Assembly (NCBI RefSeq): GCF_037042905.1
Contig: NC_087250.1
Coordinates: 24,244,001-24,308,000 of the forward strand
Length of the DNA stretch: 64,000 nt
Source of the DNA: Lytechinus pictus
Lineage: Eukaryota
Direction: 5' to 3'
In this document: piece by piece, positions 12,964 through 24,386 of the stretch
Layout: each line of letters starts with the position of its first letter
Numbering within the stretch: the first letter of the stretch is position 1
The notes under the pieces: generated by a model
What the model was told of the DNA's origin: nothing
Databases searched by the model: none
The model's input: the letters and a program-made list of their open reading frames with translations, nothing else
Made by a program: the position numbers and the translations under genes

Positions 12964-13332
12964 ACATACATTCGTAATTCCGAAGCTTCGTTATTCCGAA
13001 GGTTCGTTTTTCCGAAGGTTCGCATTTCCGAAGGTTCGTAATTCCGAAGGTTCGTTAGACCGAAAACGAAGTGAGGTTCGTAATTCCGAAGGTTCGTTAA
13101 TCTGAAAACGAAATGAATAACGAACCTTATTTCGTTTTCGGACTAACGAACCTTCGGAACATCGAACCTTATTTCGTTTTCGGATTATCGAACCTTCGGA
13201 ATAACGCCACAAATGTTCGGATTAACGAACCCTTTTACGTTTTCGGATTAACGAACATCGAGGTATAGGCAATTTACCTGTTTCGGAATAAAGAACCTTC
13301 GGAATTACGAACCTTCGGAATTGAAGTGCACC
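12964..13332. mobile_element. MITE built of CCGAAGGTTCG subrepeats (9-bp TSD, Mutator-like)
   Basis: Inverted arrays of ttccgaaggttcg; TSD atcataatc/atcataata; second copy at 15859-16257. Confidence 0.75.
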
Positions 13333-13884
13333 ATCATAATACATCCTGTTATTCATGATGATAGGGGGCCTATCCCAGAAAACCAATACGATTTGAATAT
13401 TAAGTCTATAAGACAATACAACTTATGTGAAATATATACACATTAAACACTTTAAAAAATCTCTTGACAGATAGAAGCTCTACCAATAAGGCTGTTGCAA
13501 TTGCATAATTGCATTTTACTTCATTACAGATCGAGCTTACTGATCTTAAAACAAATAGGAGTAATGCCGAAAATTTGTAAACAAATTATAATTTCCTCCT
13601 ATTAAAGCCTCTTAATTTACTTTTGCATTTTACTACCAAAACCTACATTAAGTATCATACTTGCTGAACAAAATTTCTCTTATAATTTCAAAATGTTATA
13701 ATAATGCGCTGTAAGTTTGTATTTCTCATAAGCCCCCCCCCCCAAAAAAAAATATATAATAATAATAATACATGTAAAGAGCTTGAACAATCTTCAAATA
13801 CCGTGAGACTATTCAAACCCTATATAAGCCTACTGTTATGTCACCCCCCCCCTTCCACGAGATGAACATTTTCTTTCTTTGAAG

Positions 13885-13997
13885 CATTAGCGTACCTACG
13901 GGGGGGGGGGGCAGAGGGGGCAGACTGCCCCCCCCCCTGACGAGTCACAACTGATCCCTGACGAGCCACAAGTGACCCGCTCCTTTGAACTTGAAGG

Positions 13998-14034
<37 letters not shown>

Positions 14035-14149
14035 TGTCAAATTTTGTTCTGGTACGAAATCCTTTATTTGTGGTTGAAGACCTTTTTTTTTTTTTTGGCC
14101 GACGATCTTTTGCCCCCCCCCCCCTTAGAAAATCCTAGATACGCCACTG
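13885..14149. mobile_element. hAT-like MITE
   Basis: Ends CATTAGCGTA/TACGCCACTG, 8-bp TSD ctttgaag/ctttcaag. Confidence 0.7.
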
Positions 14150-15599
14150 CTTTCAAGTTTTAGTTTATAGCCTAAATAGTAGTAACAATGCATGGAAGTG
14201 TGAGAACAAAATATACGTTTTCTCAAAACATTAAACACTTTGTACATTAAAAAATGATGGAAATGATGACATTTGGAACGGTTTTACTCAAGTAGCATCA
14301 CGTCTTCAAGCCTTGTCAATATTTGGTAACATACAATTATAATAAAAAGAAGAATATGAAACACATACTAAATGTACACAGGCCTATTATTATAGAGCCC
14401 ATGTATTCGTAAGGTGAAACAATTAAGCCAGTGTAATGATATGATACAAAAATAAGTACTGTAGGCCTATATATCAAATATTTACATTTTCACACATTAA
14501 AAATGAATATGCATTTCAGGCTTATGAGCTTCATCACGTTCAACGTGGATATTTTGTTGTAAGTATTGCATGCAATAGGCCTACTGCAAATTGGCAAAAT
14601 CCAATATGGCATCCAAAATATTGAAATTACCCATGAAAATCATAAAATTGTCCACACATTGGCTATAAAGTATATGCAATCGTGCTGCCGGAGTGAATAC
14701 TCTCTGAAAAAATGATTCTTGACAAAATATTTGTTTTCTTGATATTCAATATGGCCGCCATAGACCCCTGTACAATATGAATGGAGAAAAATAATTTTCA
14801 CAAAGGTGAGCACTAAAATGCAAGTATATGATGATATGAGTCAGTGAAGTAATGTCTGAAAAGATGATTGCTAACGATATTTGTTATGTCATGTATGTAA
14901 TAAATCCTGTATTTTCATATTTAAAATGGCCTCCAAAAGCCCTATTATGGACAATGTGAATGGGGATAAAAAAAAAATCACAAGAGTGAGTACTAAAGTG
15001 CATTTTCTTACGATAAACAAATGGAATACTGACTAAAAACATATTGTTAACGAAATTTATTATTTAACATGCCATGTATAAATTTTGTATGTTTATATCT
15101 AAAATGGCCGCGAAGGGCCCTAAAATTAGAATTTACCACGTTAGAGAGGACAAAAACAATCACAAGGTGAGCGCTAAAACGCATGTTTTTGTGATAGATT
15201 AGTGGAATGCTGCCTTCAAATATAATTTTCAATGAAATATATTATTAAGGTTTCGTGTTTGTGTTAAATATTGTGTTTTGACTTCCAAGATGGCCACTAA
15301 AGAGAATGACTGTATCATGTACAATCGATCTGGGAAACTAATTTTCACAGGAGTCAGCACCATAACATGCATATAATTGTGATCTAAGAGTAAAATATTG
15401 TCTGAAAACATAATTTCTAACAAGATATATCATTTATTCTGCCAGGTAGGTGATAAATAATGTATTTTGAAAGTCAAAATGGCAAAAGCATCTCGTTTTG
15501 CCCCCCCCCTAATTCCGTAGGTGCAAAAAAATGTAATGTTACACAGAAATCAGCAAATTAACCAAACACAACATAAAATTTAGTTTTTACATCTATAAT

Positions 15600-16720
15600 A
15601 CAGTACAAAAAGAAACAAATTGTTCACGAGAACTGAGGTAGCTCCTGAACCAATCCAAGGCCTTCCCACAAATACCATAATGTGAAAATTTATATCATGG
15701 CTGATCGTGTCGAAGGCCTTGGAAAGGTCCAGGAATATACCAACAGTATGTAATGACTTATCGACGGCACATGCCACCTTATCAATAAAAGAAAGTAAAG
15801 CATGAACAGTTGAATGTTTTTTTTTTTTTTTTTTTCATGAAACCGAACTGAGATTCACGCATACATTCGTAATTCCGAAGCTTCGTTATTCCGAAGGTTC
15901 GGATATTCCGAAGGTTCGCATTTCCGAAGGTTCGTTAGTCCGAAAACGAAATGAGGTTCGTAATTCCGAAGGTTCGATGGTCCGAAAACGAAATGAGGTT
16001 CGTTATTCCGAAGGTTCGTTAGTCCGAAAACTAAGTGATTAACGAACCTTATTTCGTTTTCGGATTAACGAACCTTATTTTGTTTTCGGATTATCAAACC
16101 TTCGGAATAACGAACCTTCGGAATAACGCCACAAATGTTCGGATTAACGAACCCTTTTACGTTTTCGGATTAACGAACATTGAGGTATAGGCAATTTACG
16201 TGTTTCGGAATTACGAACCTTCGCAATAAAGAACCTTCGGAATTACGAAGTGTAACCGAGATTCACATATTTGACAGTCGGTTAAAAATTTGATTAAGCG
16301 TGAGTACATTATCTTTTCTAGTAACTTTGAAAGGGAAGTGAGAAGTGAAATTGGACGATAGTTGCAAACTTCTCGTTACTCATCTTTTTTTTTAAAGACG
16401 GGTATAACTTTTGCTACTTTCATATTACAAGGAACAACTCCATTTTACAATATATGTCAAAGGTGTGAGCATTTCATAAAGTACATTTTTCAAAAGGAAA
16501 TTTGCTATAATCACTACCAGGACTCTTATTACATTTCAAATTATTTACAATATCTTTATTTTCGTATTCAAGTATAGGGGCAAATAAAATAGATTGCTTA
16601 TTAGGATTCTTTAAAAAGATGTATATATTCTTTATCAGCTTCAGTGATTCATTGAGAGGTTAGTACCAATTTGAACAAAGTAATGATTACACAACTCAGC
16701 TATTTCAGCAGGACCTTCGA
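15600..16720 (-). pseudogene. Degenerate CR1/L2-group LINE reverse transcriptase fragments
   Basis: TVGIFLDLSKAFDTISHDI and EIAELCNHYFVQIG motifs, multiple frameshifts, interrupted by a MITE. Confidence 0.75.
15859..16257. mobile_element. MITE built of CCGAAGGTTCG subrepeats (9-bp TSD)
   Basis: Exact TSD GAGATTCAC (15850-15858, 16258-16266), inserted in a LINE. Confidence 0.85.
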
Positions 16721-17771
16721 TTTCTGTGTGTGTGAGATTTCTTTTGTTGGTTCGGATTTTTTGTTTGATCGTAGGACCTTGTTTATCACCCTCCACGTAC
16801 TCGAAAATATCATTCTTGTGTCCTGTTAAATTGATCAGAAAAATACATTTTTGGGGGGGCAAGACGTAAGGAAGTTGTCAGTAAATACGATATTGAATAT
16901 ATTTCACTTTAAATTTATCATTACCGGGCTGTTTCGTATATTTGCAAACAAAAAAATGTTTTTACGGTTGATAGACTTAAGGAGATATTTAGAGATCCAG
17001 GTCTGGGGAGTCTAGTACTGTGGGGTGTTGCAAGATTCTTGTGATCAATTGCAAGTCAATTTTTGGTCCCTAAATCAATCATAATCATGTCTTGCAGTTA
17101 ATTGCAAATTAGTGATGGAATGCTATAATTTGCTCCTTGAAACAAAAAGTTTAATCTGATTTGGTACAACTAACGTTGATCTTTCAGTTGTATATTTGCG
17201 ATCAATCGCAAATATATTCTTGCAACACCCCCCCCCCCGGGGGGGGGGCAATAAGAATATAATGCATAGTGGGTATGTGCCGCGGAGGGGACCCCCATTT
17301 TTACATTCAAATTTCCGTTCCAAGGCATAGCATTTTGTTACCTCGGGCGAAGTTCGTGCAGGCTCCACTCCACTTCACTACCGCTACACTACGCTCCACC
17401 TACCCGAACTTCGGAACGGTGAACCAATTCGGATATACCGAGTCACAAAGGTCGGATGGCAATCATGTTTATTGTAAAAATAAAAGAAAAATATTATAAC
17501 GCGAAAGATTTCAAAATGTTTTGAAATCGGCCGTGAGTAATACGTGTGATACTGGCCCAAAATCACAATTTTTTAGGATAACCGGAGGATGGACACGGAG
17601 TGAAATACGGGTGTATAGAGTAAGATATTAAGTCATTCATCTTTCTCGTTATATATATTTTTTTATTTTTTACGATAAACATGATTGCCATCATACCTTT
17701 GTGACTCGGTATATCCGAATTGGTTCACTGTCCCGAAGTTCGGGTAGACCTGTGGAGCGTAGTGAAGCGGT

Positions 17772-17954
17772 TAGTCTACAAATGTAGACCCACATCTGCA
17801 GTGTGTGTGCCACAGCTGATTCAAGGAGTCTGCATAGCAGACTAGGTCTACTGTAGCTGCTGAAATGGCTCGCTTTGCTTGCCCTTTCAGGCTGGTTTGC
17901 GAAGCAAACCAGCAGCCCACTTCACGAGCCATTCAGAGTCTGCATAGCAGACTA
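17772..17954. mobile_element. TAGTCT...AGACTA MITE with 9-bp TSD (AcademH-like)
   Basis: TSD tgaagcggt/tgtagcggt; duplicated right end gagtctgcatagcagacta. Confidence 0.65.
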
Positions 17955-17968
17955 TGTAGCGGTAGTGA

Positions 17969-19028
17969 CAGTGGCGTTCCGCGGGACACGGCATGGGGGG
18001 GGGGGGGCGGGGCACCAGCAAAAAATTTGAGTCACTTAATGAGCGCGCTGTTGCCTGGTATACTGACCTAATAGAGACATTTTAAAGACAGTGCCATTAA
18101 ACGGATATATAGGTGTGTCATTGTCAAATAATGCGAGCGCGAAGCGCGGGCTGAAAATGTTTGATATTCAGACCTAGAAAGGGACATTATAAGCGTATTT
18201 TTATTATCATGTTACGTACCGGTCTCGCTTAACAAACAGTATGAGCACGAAGCACAAGCTGAAATTTTTGTATATATTGACCCCAAACAGGGACATTTTA
18301 AAGACTATCTTTTAGGAATCCATTAAGAGTACATATTTCACCATAGTCATCTAATGCGAGTGCCAAGCGCTTGCTGATTTGATTAGAATTACATCTTAAC
18401 ACATGAATCACCTTTTTTGTAGTCATTGTAATCATGATTATCATACGCATCTCACTAATCAAATATTGCGAGCGCGAAGCGCGAGCTGAAAATACAGGAA
18501 ATTCAGACCTGAAGAGGGGCATTCTACGGCTTGTTTGTAGGAATTCACTAAGACCATACGTATTTCACTAACCAACTGATGCGAGCGCGAAGTGCGAGCT
18601 AAAATTTTTTGATATTCAGATTAAAAAAAAACCGGGACATTTTAAGAACTGATTTTAGGAGTTCATGAAGAGCAGTCATCTCACCAATCCTTTAATGCAA
18701 ACGAAAGCACGGACAGGAAATTTTTTAAATTAAGACCTTAAAATATTTGATCTATTATATCTACTTATAATCTAGTTAAACTGAAAATGCGGGCATCAGG
18801 AACAATAAAGGCCCTGAGAAATTATGTTTCATAAAGTTATGAAAAAATGTTTTTTATGTAATACAGTAACGTAGCATAATTATAATATAACATTATAATT
18901 TCTTCTTTCCCACTGCGTTTCTTTTCCTTTTTCCATCCTTTATCCCTTTTTCCCCGTTTTTTTTGCCAGCCGATGGGGGGGGGGGGGGGGGCACGTGCCC
19001 CCCCCCCCCTCCCGTAGTTACGCCACTG
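17969..19028. mobile_element. hAT-like non-autonomous element
   Basis: TIR CAGTGGCGT/ACGCCACTG, exact 8-bp TSD GGTAGTGA; internal GCGAGCGCGAAGCGCGAGC repeats. Confidence 0.85.
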
Positions 19029-19539
19029 GGTAGTGAAGTGGAGTGGAACCTGCACGAACTTCGCTCGAGGTAAGCATTTTGTATTATTGAGAAAAAGAAC
19101 AAAGAAAGCCCCTCCAAAGCTTCGCTTATTTTCCGTTACGCTGTTACGGTCGCATTGATAAGCTACAATGAGTCGCAGTTTTGGTGAAAAACGGCCGCAG
19201 AGCGCTGTCCGACTATCACCTCTGCGCTAGCGCACCCGGCGGCCGTGCCGGGCTATAGCTGCATGCACGTATGCCCGTTCCATAGGGATGCATATAATAC
19301 GCACTCACATGCAGGCGACCCGCTCCAAGGACCCCCGTTTTCACAAACATTTGTAGTTCCGAAGCCCGCTCCGAGGACCCTCCTTTTTACAATAACCCCG
19401 CTCCAAGGCCCCCGTTTTTTTGTCTCGCCCGCGGCACATACCTACTACTTTTTTGGTTGAGTAGGCCCCCGGGGGCAACACCCCTTAGGTGTCTTTTTAT
19501 ATGTGGAGCAGGACAACTTCTTAAGGGGAATTGTAGCGT

Positions 19540-20480
19540 TCTAAGTAGACATAGAAAGATCCAAGAATTTGTCAAAACAAATATCCGAGTCTTGAATGTT
19601 GTAAATGACGCTCCGCCACTGAATGATATTCCAGTCGATCTCAGTTAATCTCTCCCTAAGTCTATTTAAATATTCTTCTTAAAAGTTTCGAAAAATCATT
19701 GATGCAGATTTTTTGTTATCTCTGCGGGAAAAACAATTCATTGTTATCTCTGCCGATCTCAGTTAATCTTTCCCTAAGTCTACTTAATTTTTTTTTTTTT
19801 CGAACACTGATTGATGCAGATTTATCATCTCTGCCGAAAAACACCTCAACGAAAATAGGGAAATGGTCTGACAAATCAGACACCAAAATGCCAGATGACG
19901 TATTAGATAAACTATTTACAAAAATATTATCTATCAAAGTTGACGACAAGTCTGTAATTCTAATTGGTTTGGTAATTGAGGGTATACAAAAGAGTTAGAT
20001 AACATGACATTAAGAAATTCTTGACAAGAAGAAACAGTATTACAATGCATAAATCCAGATTGAAGTCTCCCATAAAAAAGACAATCTTGTTAAGAACGGG
20101 AAACGACAGTAAGTTTTGGACACTATAAAAAAAAACAAAAAAACTTGAGTGTTACCTTTTGGGGGCCTGCATATTTCACCAACAACCATTTGTTTCTTGT
20201 CAGGCATTTTAATTTGAATAAAAATACATTCAATAACATCAGGCATTTTGTTTAGCTCTGTTAGTCTCTGACTTTTAAATTATTAGATACGTAAAACCCG
20301 ACCCCTTGCCCCTCTTGTATGTTCTCTGTTTGATAAAATAAGGTAAACCCATCAAATAGAAACAAGAGTGTATTGAAAATCATTCAGTTAGGCCTCAGAT
20401 AAACCAACAACATAGTAACCATAATTGAGGTGATGAATAAAACAATGAAAGTGATCCACATTCTTATCGAGACTTCTCAC
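19540..20480 (-). pseudogene. Degenerate CR1/L2-group LINE AP-endonuclease fragment (duplicate at ~26620-27555)
   Basis: IECIFIQI...VVGEICRPP, MGDFNLDLL, STLIDNIF...SDLSDHFPIF motifs with frameshifts. Confidence 0.8.
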
Positions 20481-21039
20481 AGTACGGTGCACAAGGTATA
20501 CCAATAACAGGGGCCGCGGAACCGGGAGGGGGGCTTCAGCCCCCCACTTTTTTCCAAAACCGTGTACAAAACCGCAAAAATTACCATACGATTGTGATTT
20601 TTTGCATGGTCAGCCCCCCCCCCTCACTTTGAAAACCGTTCCGCGGCCCTGGATGACGTCAACTGAAAGGTATCTAGAAGGGGGGGGGGGGGTACATGTA
20701 AACAAGAGTTGTAATGTGATTATTGTTAATGGTGTTTGTTACCAGCCTATGCGAGGGTACATCTTTGGAATCTAATTCTAAGTCAAATATATAAAGATCG
20801 GGTATTTGGAGGTTTAAATTCGAGCAACCATCAAGAAGAAAAGACTGTGTAAGGCAGTAATAGTATAACGATATGCGATAAAAAGTGACTAACATAATTA
20901 TAAACGCAGTAAAAAAGAATTGATTTCAAACCAAGAAGTAATAAGAATGGCAATTTCAAGCAGATACAAAGTACATGTAGAGAGAAAATACATTTCAAGA
21001 CGCACTGACTGAACAATAGGCCCCCGGAAATAGGCCCAC

Positions 21040-21398
21040 CTAAGTACCAATATTAGCGGACAAGTAGCTCACTGACGGTGTTAAGAAACGGGCGGGGCGT
21101 GCCTGCCCCAGCAGGCATAGAGAATAATATAGATAATAAAACTAGCAAGGGTCGCCAACAATTCGATATCCAATTGGTCTCTTATATTGTGACGTCATTT
21201 GAAGTACTTTTTGAGTGACCGCGCTGCCCGGGATTGACTGCACATCACTAAACTACAGCTGGGAGCCGAGCGAACGGTTATCGTCACGCCCACCCTCGGT
21301 ATAACACACATCTCCACACATCAACGGTACTGACTTGACCAGACAGACCTACATAATTATACTGAATCTAAATTCACAAAGAAGGAAGTAAAATCACC
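21040..21398 (+). promoter_or_regulatory. Putative promoter/5' UTR of the myophilin-like gene (upstream copy)
   Basis: GC box GGGCGGGG 21090, CRE TGACGTCA 21190-21197, E-box CAGCTG 21256, TATAA 21300, Kozak-like atcaccATGG. Confidence 0.55.
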
Positions 21399-21443
21399 AT
21401 GGCAAGCCGACCAAGGGGATATGGAATGACTGCTGAATTGGCG
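21399..21443 (+). CDS. Myophilin/transgelin-like gene, coding exon 1 (upstream duplicate): MASRPRGYGMTAELA
   Basis: N-terminus typical of myophilin/transgelin (RPxGYG.TAE), GTAAG donor in phase 0 matching exon 2. Confidence 0.85.
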
Positions 21444-21540
21444 GTAAGCTATCATGACTGCATGTACTATGGGCGGTTTTCTGTTCATTTCAATTTCAGC
21501 GAAATGGCATATGTACCGGTATTAAAGGACAAGTTCACCC

Positions 21541-21714
21541 TAGTCTGCAGGCACAGACCCTGATTAGAACTTTGCTCAACAAGTGTGCCTCCACGCAAAG
21601 ACTAGCACATACAAAACTTGCTGTTCCTGAGCGAGAGAGCCTTCAGTACACAAGGCATGAGTAGGCTGCACATTCAGACCCTTAAATCGAGCGAAGGGTA
21701 TGCCCAGCAGACTA
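21541..21714. mobile_element. TAGTCTGC...GCAGACTA MITE with 9-bp TSD (AcademH-like); duplicate at 28648-28821
   Basis: Exact TSD AGTTCACCC; inserted into the terminus of a Kolobok-like MITE. Confidence 0.8.
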
Positions 21715-24355
21715 AGTTCACCCCAGCAAAAAGTTGATTTGAATAAAAAGAGAAAAATCAAAAGAGCATAACACTGAAATTTTCATCAAAATCGGATGTA
21801 AAATAAGAAAGTTATGACATTTTAATTTTTCGCTTAATTTCAAAAAACAGTTACATACACATCCTGGTCGGTATGCAAATGAGGAGACCGATGACGTCAT
21901 CCACTCACTATTTCATTTGTATTTCATTAAATGAAATATATTCTATTTTTTTCTCATTGTCAACAAGTGCATTAACGATTAATTCCTCCCTGAACATGTG
22001 GAATTAGCATTGTTTACTACTTTCTGGTTCAGTCAAGTTGGTCCTTATTATCAAATTTGTAAGAATTGAAATACTGTATAATTCAAACAATAAAAAAAAT
22101 AAGAGAAAAAGTGAAGGGCGTCATCGTCTGTCTCATTTGCATGTCACTGAGTAGTGCATATCACTGTTTTTGTGAAAAATATTGAAACCACGTGTTCTAA
22201 GGTAATGCTAAACTAAAATGAGACCTGCCTGAAATAATGACGTAATCTCGACCTATGATATATATACTTTGGGCCGTATATATTGGATATTACGTCGATT
22301 CATATATCCATAAAGAAAATAAATCGAGTTATTGTTATGTATATCATGAGTATATCACATTGAATCAAGAAATTATGCTTTTTAAGGAAGGACAAGGAAA
22401 TGATTTGCTATATATATTTCATTTGTTTATGCCAACGGGTCATAATGAAGTTAAGTTACCGACAAATAAAAACAAATAAATACAAATTAAAAACATGTCT
22501 TCTTTGAATACAATAGAAACATTCTATTCGACGAAATATGCCATTAAAGCGAAATTTAAACAAATTTCATATTGTGGTCGCGATAGGTCTTTGATATTCA
22601 AATTTATATTACTTATAATAACTTGCATGAAGTTATGAGGGAAACGGCGAATGAAGGCTTGATTTGGTGCAAATAATTATTGGAGTTTTGTCCGAGCGAG
22701 TAAAAAAAGAATTTTACTAAAAATTTGAAGTCAATGAAATAGAACTAAATCGATTAGATTTGTTTAAAGAAATCAGATGGAAAGTTTGATGTTATTGTTT
22801 AAATACATTTTTTTAAAGGGGGTGGACTGTCAATTATAATGTGAAATATAAATACATCTCAATGATTTAAAAAAAAATGCCACTTTTGTGGACATATGGA
22901 TAGAGAGGTAAAGCCCCCCCCCCCTCCGATCCGGTAATCATTGCGCCAATAATCCGTAAATGAGCATGTCCGAAAGGTTTTTTTTTTTTTTTTTTTTCTT
23001 GTTTGGTGTATGTGCATTGACCTCAAGGTCTCTAAGGTCTATGGTATGTGTTTTTTTTATCACCGCTATGGCAGTGCAGTGGTATTATATTGATTGATTT
23101 TATTCATCTGCCCGTGAAAGCTCAATCACACACATACACACCATCCCCCTTACACACTCACACAATCGCCTGCGGAGCCTCTTCGAGGATCCCCACTGCG
23201 CGATTGATCTCTGGGGTGTTTAATCTTTGGGTGAATAAGTTAGAATGGGAGAGTGTTCACACCAAATCAATTCTTTATTTGCAATTATTTGCAATAGCAG
23301 ATAAACTTCTTCTCACCAAGCAATCATCGGCTGGACAATCCCTGTATAGGTCCATGCTTAAATACTGACGCAAAATGCACATTGCTTTCCTTTTGGACTT
23401 GCATGGTTATTGTTATACCACACCTTACATTCCTTTCTAGCAATTTTCCTTTAGGGTTAATTGTCACACAGTTCGACATTATAACAAGCTAGTACATGCA
23501 TGCCGAGGCACTGCATGTGTGACCATGCAAGTACACTGTAAAAACTGTGGTGTTAAAACTGACACCAGTTGGTGCTAATAGAGGACCACACCATGAGGTG
23601 TTAAAATTACACCCTAGAGATTGACCATAATACCAGACAGTGTATATGTAACAACCAATGCTGCTGTAGTAACACCTATAGGTGTTCAAACTAACGCTGT
23701 CAATAAGCCAGTTCGTAGTTCCTTTCTGCCCATGATCAAAAGATTATACGCATGATCAGAAGAAGGTCATTTGTACGAAAGTTACATGGTGGTTTAAAAT
23801 CTAATGAGATAAGCACCAACCTTGATGTCTTGATTATTCATATATTTTGAATATTGGTATTCATTTACATCCACAAAAAACAACAATGCGTCCACGAACG
23901 ACTGGTAATTCACAGTTTGCCAAGTACATTGTGCAACATGCTAAGATATGCATTCAAAGTAGGAATGCAACAAATACCTTCATAAAGTGTTCATTGGTGT
24001 GCTATTCTAGTCACCTGGTCTATTCAATTTCTTCATCCTGCTATGTAAGGCAAGGTTACGTAATATCTTGCTTTGAAATCTGCCTATCATAATGAAAGAA
24101 ATGAAAGGTCATTTGACCAAAATTATCCCTGAAGTAACTACGAACTGGTCTATTACACCGGAGTAAAATGACTGATGTGGTCCTCTATATATGTACACCG
24201 GTTAACACCCCAGTTTTTGTTGTGTTAACAATGGCGTAATGATCGCCCCAACATTTTGAGGGTACGGCGTTCAGTCTTGGGAGTAAAAGCTTGTACTTTT
24301 TAAAATGAGATTGTAATATTTTCCCCCCTTTGTCTTGGAGGGAGATTTTATTTTA

Positions 24356-24386
<31 letters not shown>

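Larger units (their letters stand above)
17339..19072. mobile_element. Palindromic MITE with 10-bp TSD
   Basis: TIR TACCTCG.GCGAAGTTCGTGCAGG, TSD AGCATTTTGT (17329-17338, 19073-19082); right arm split by two insertions. Confidence 0.8.
17236..19475. mobile_element. CCCGGGGG-terminal non-autonomous element hosting three nested insertions
   Basis: cccgggggg...gggtatgtgccgcgg at left, ccgcggcacataccta...ccccggggg at right; related fragments at 43933 and 51330-51422. Confidence 0.6.

Noticed and set aside
12964..13332. CRISPR-like array of short repeats (also 15859-16257 and 37318-37670)
   Set aside because: No unique spacers or cas genes; the repeats are inverted around a centre and bounded by TSDs in a eukaryotic context.
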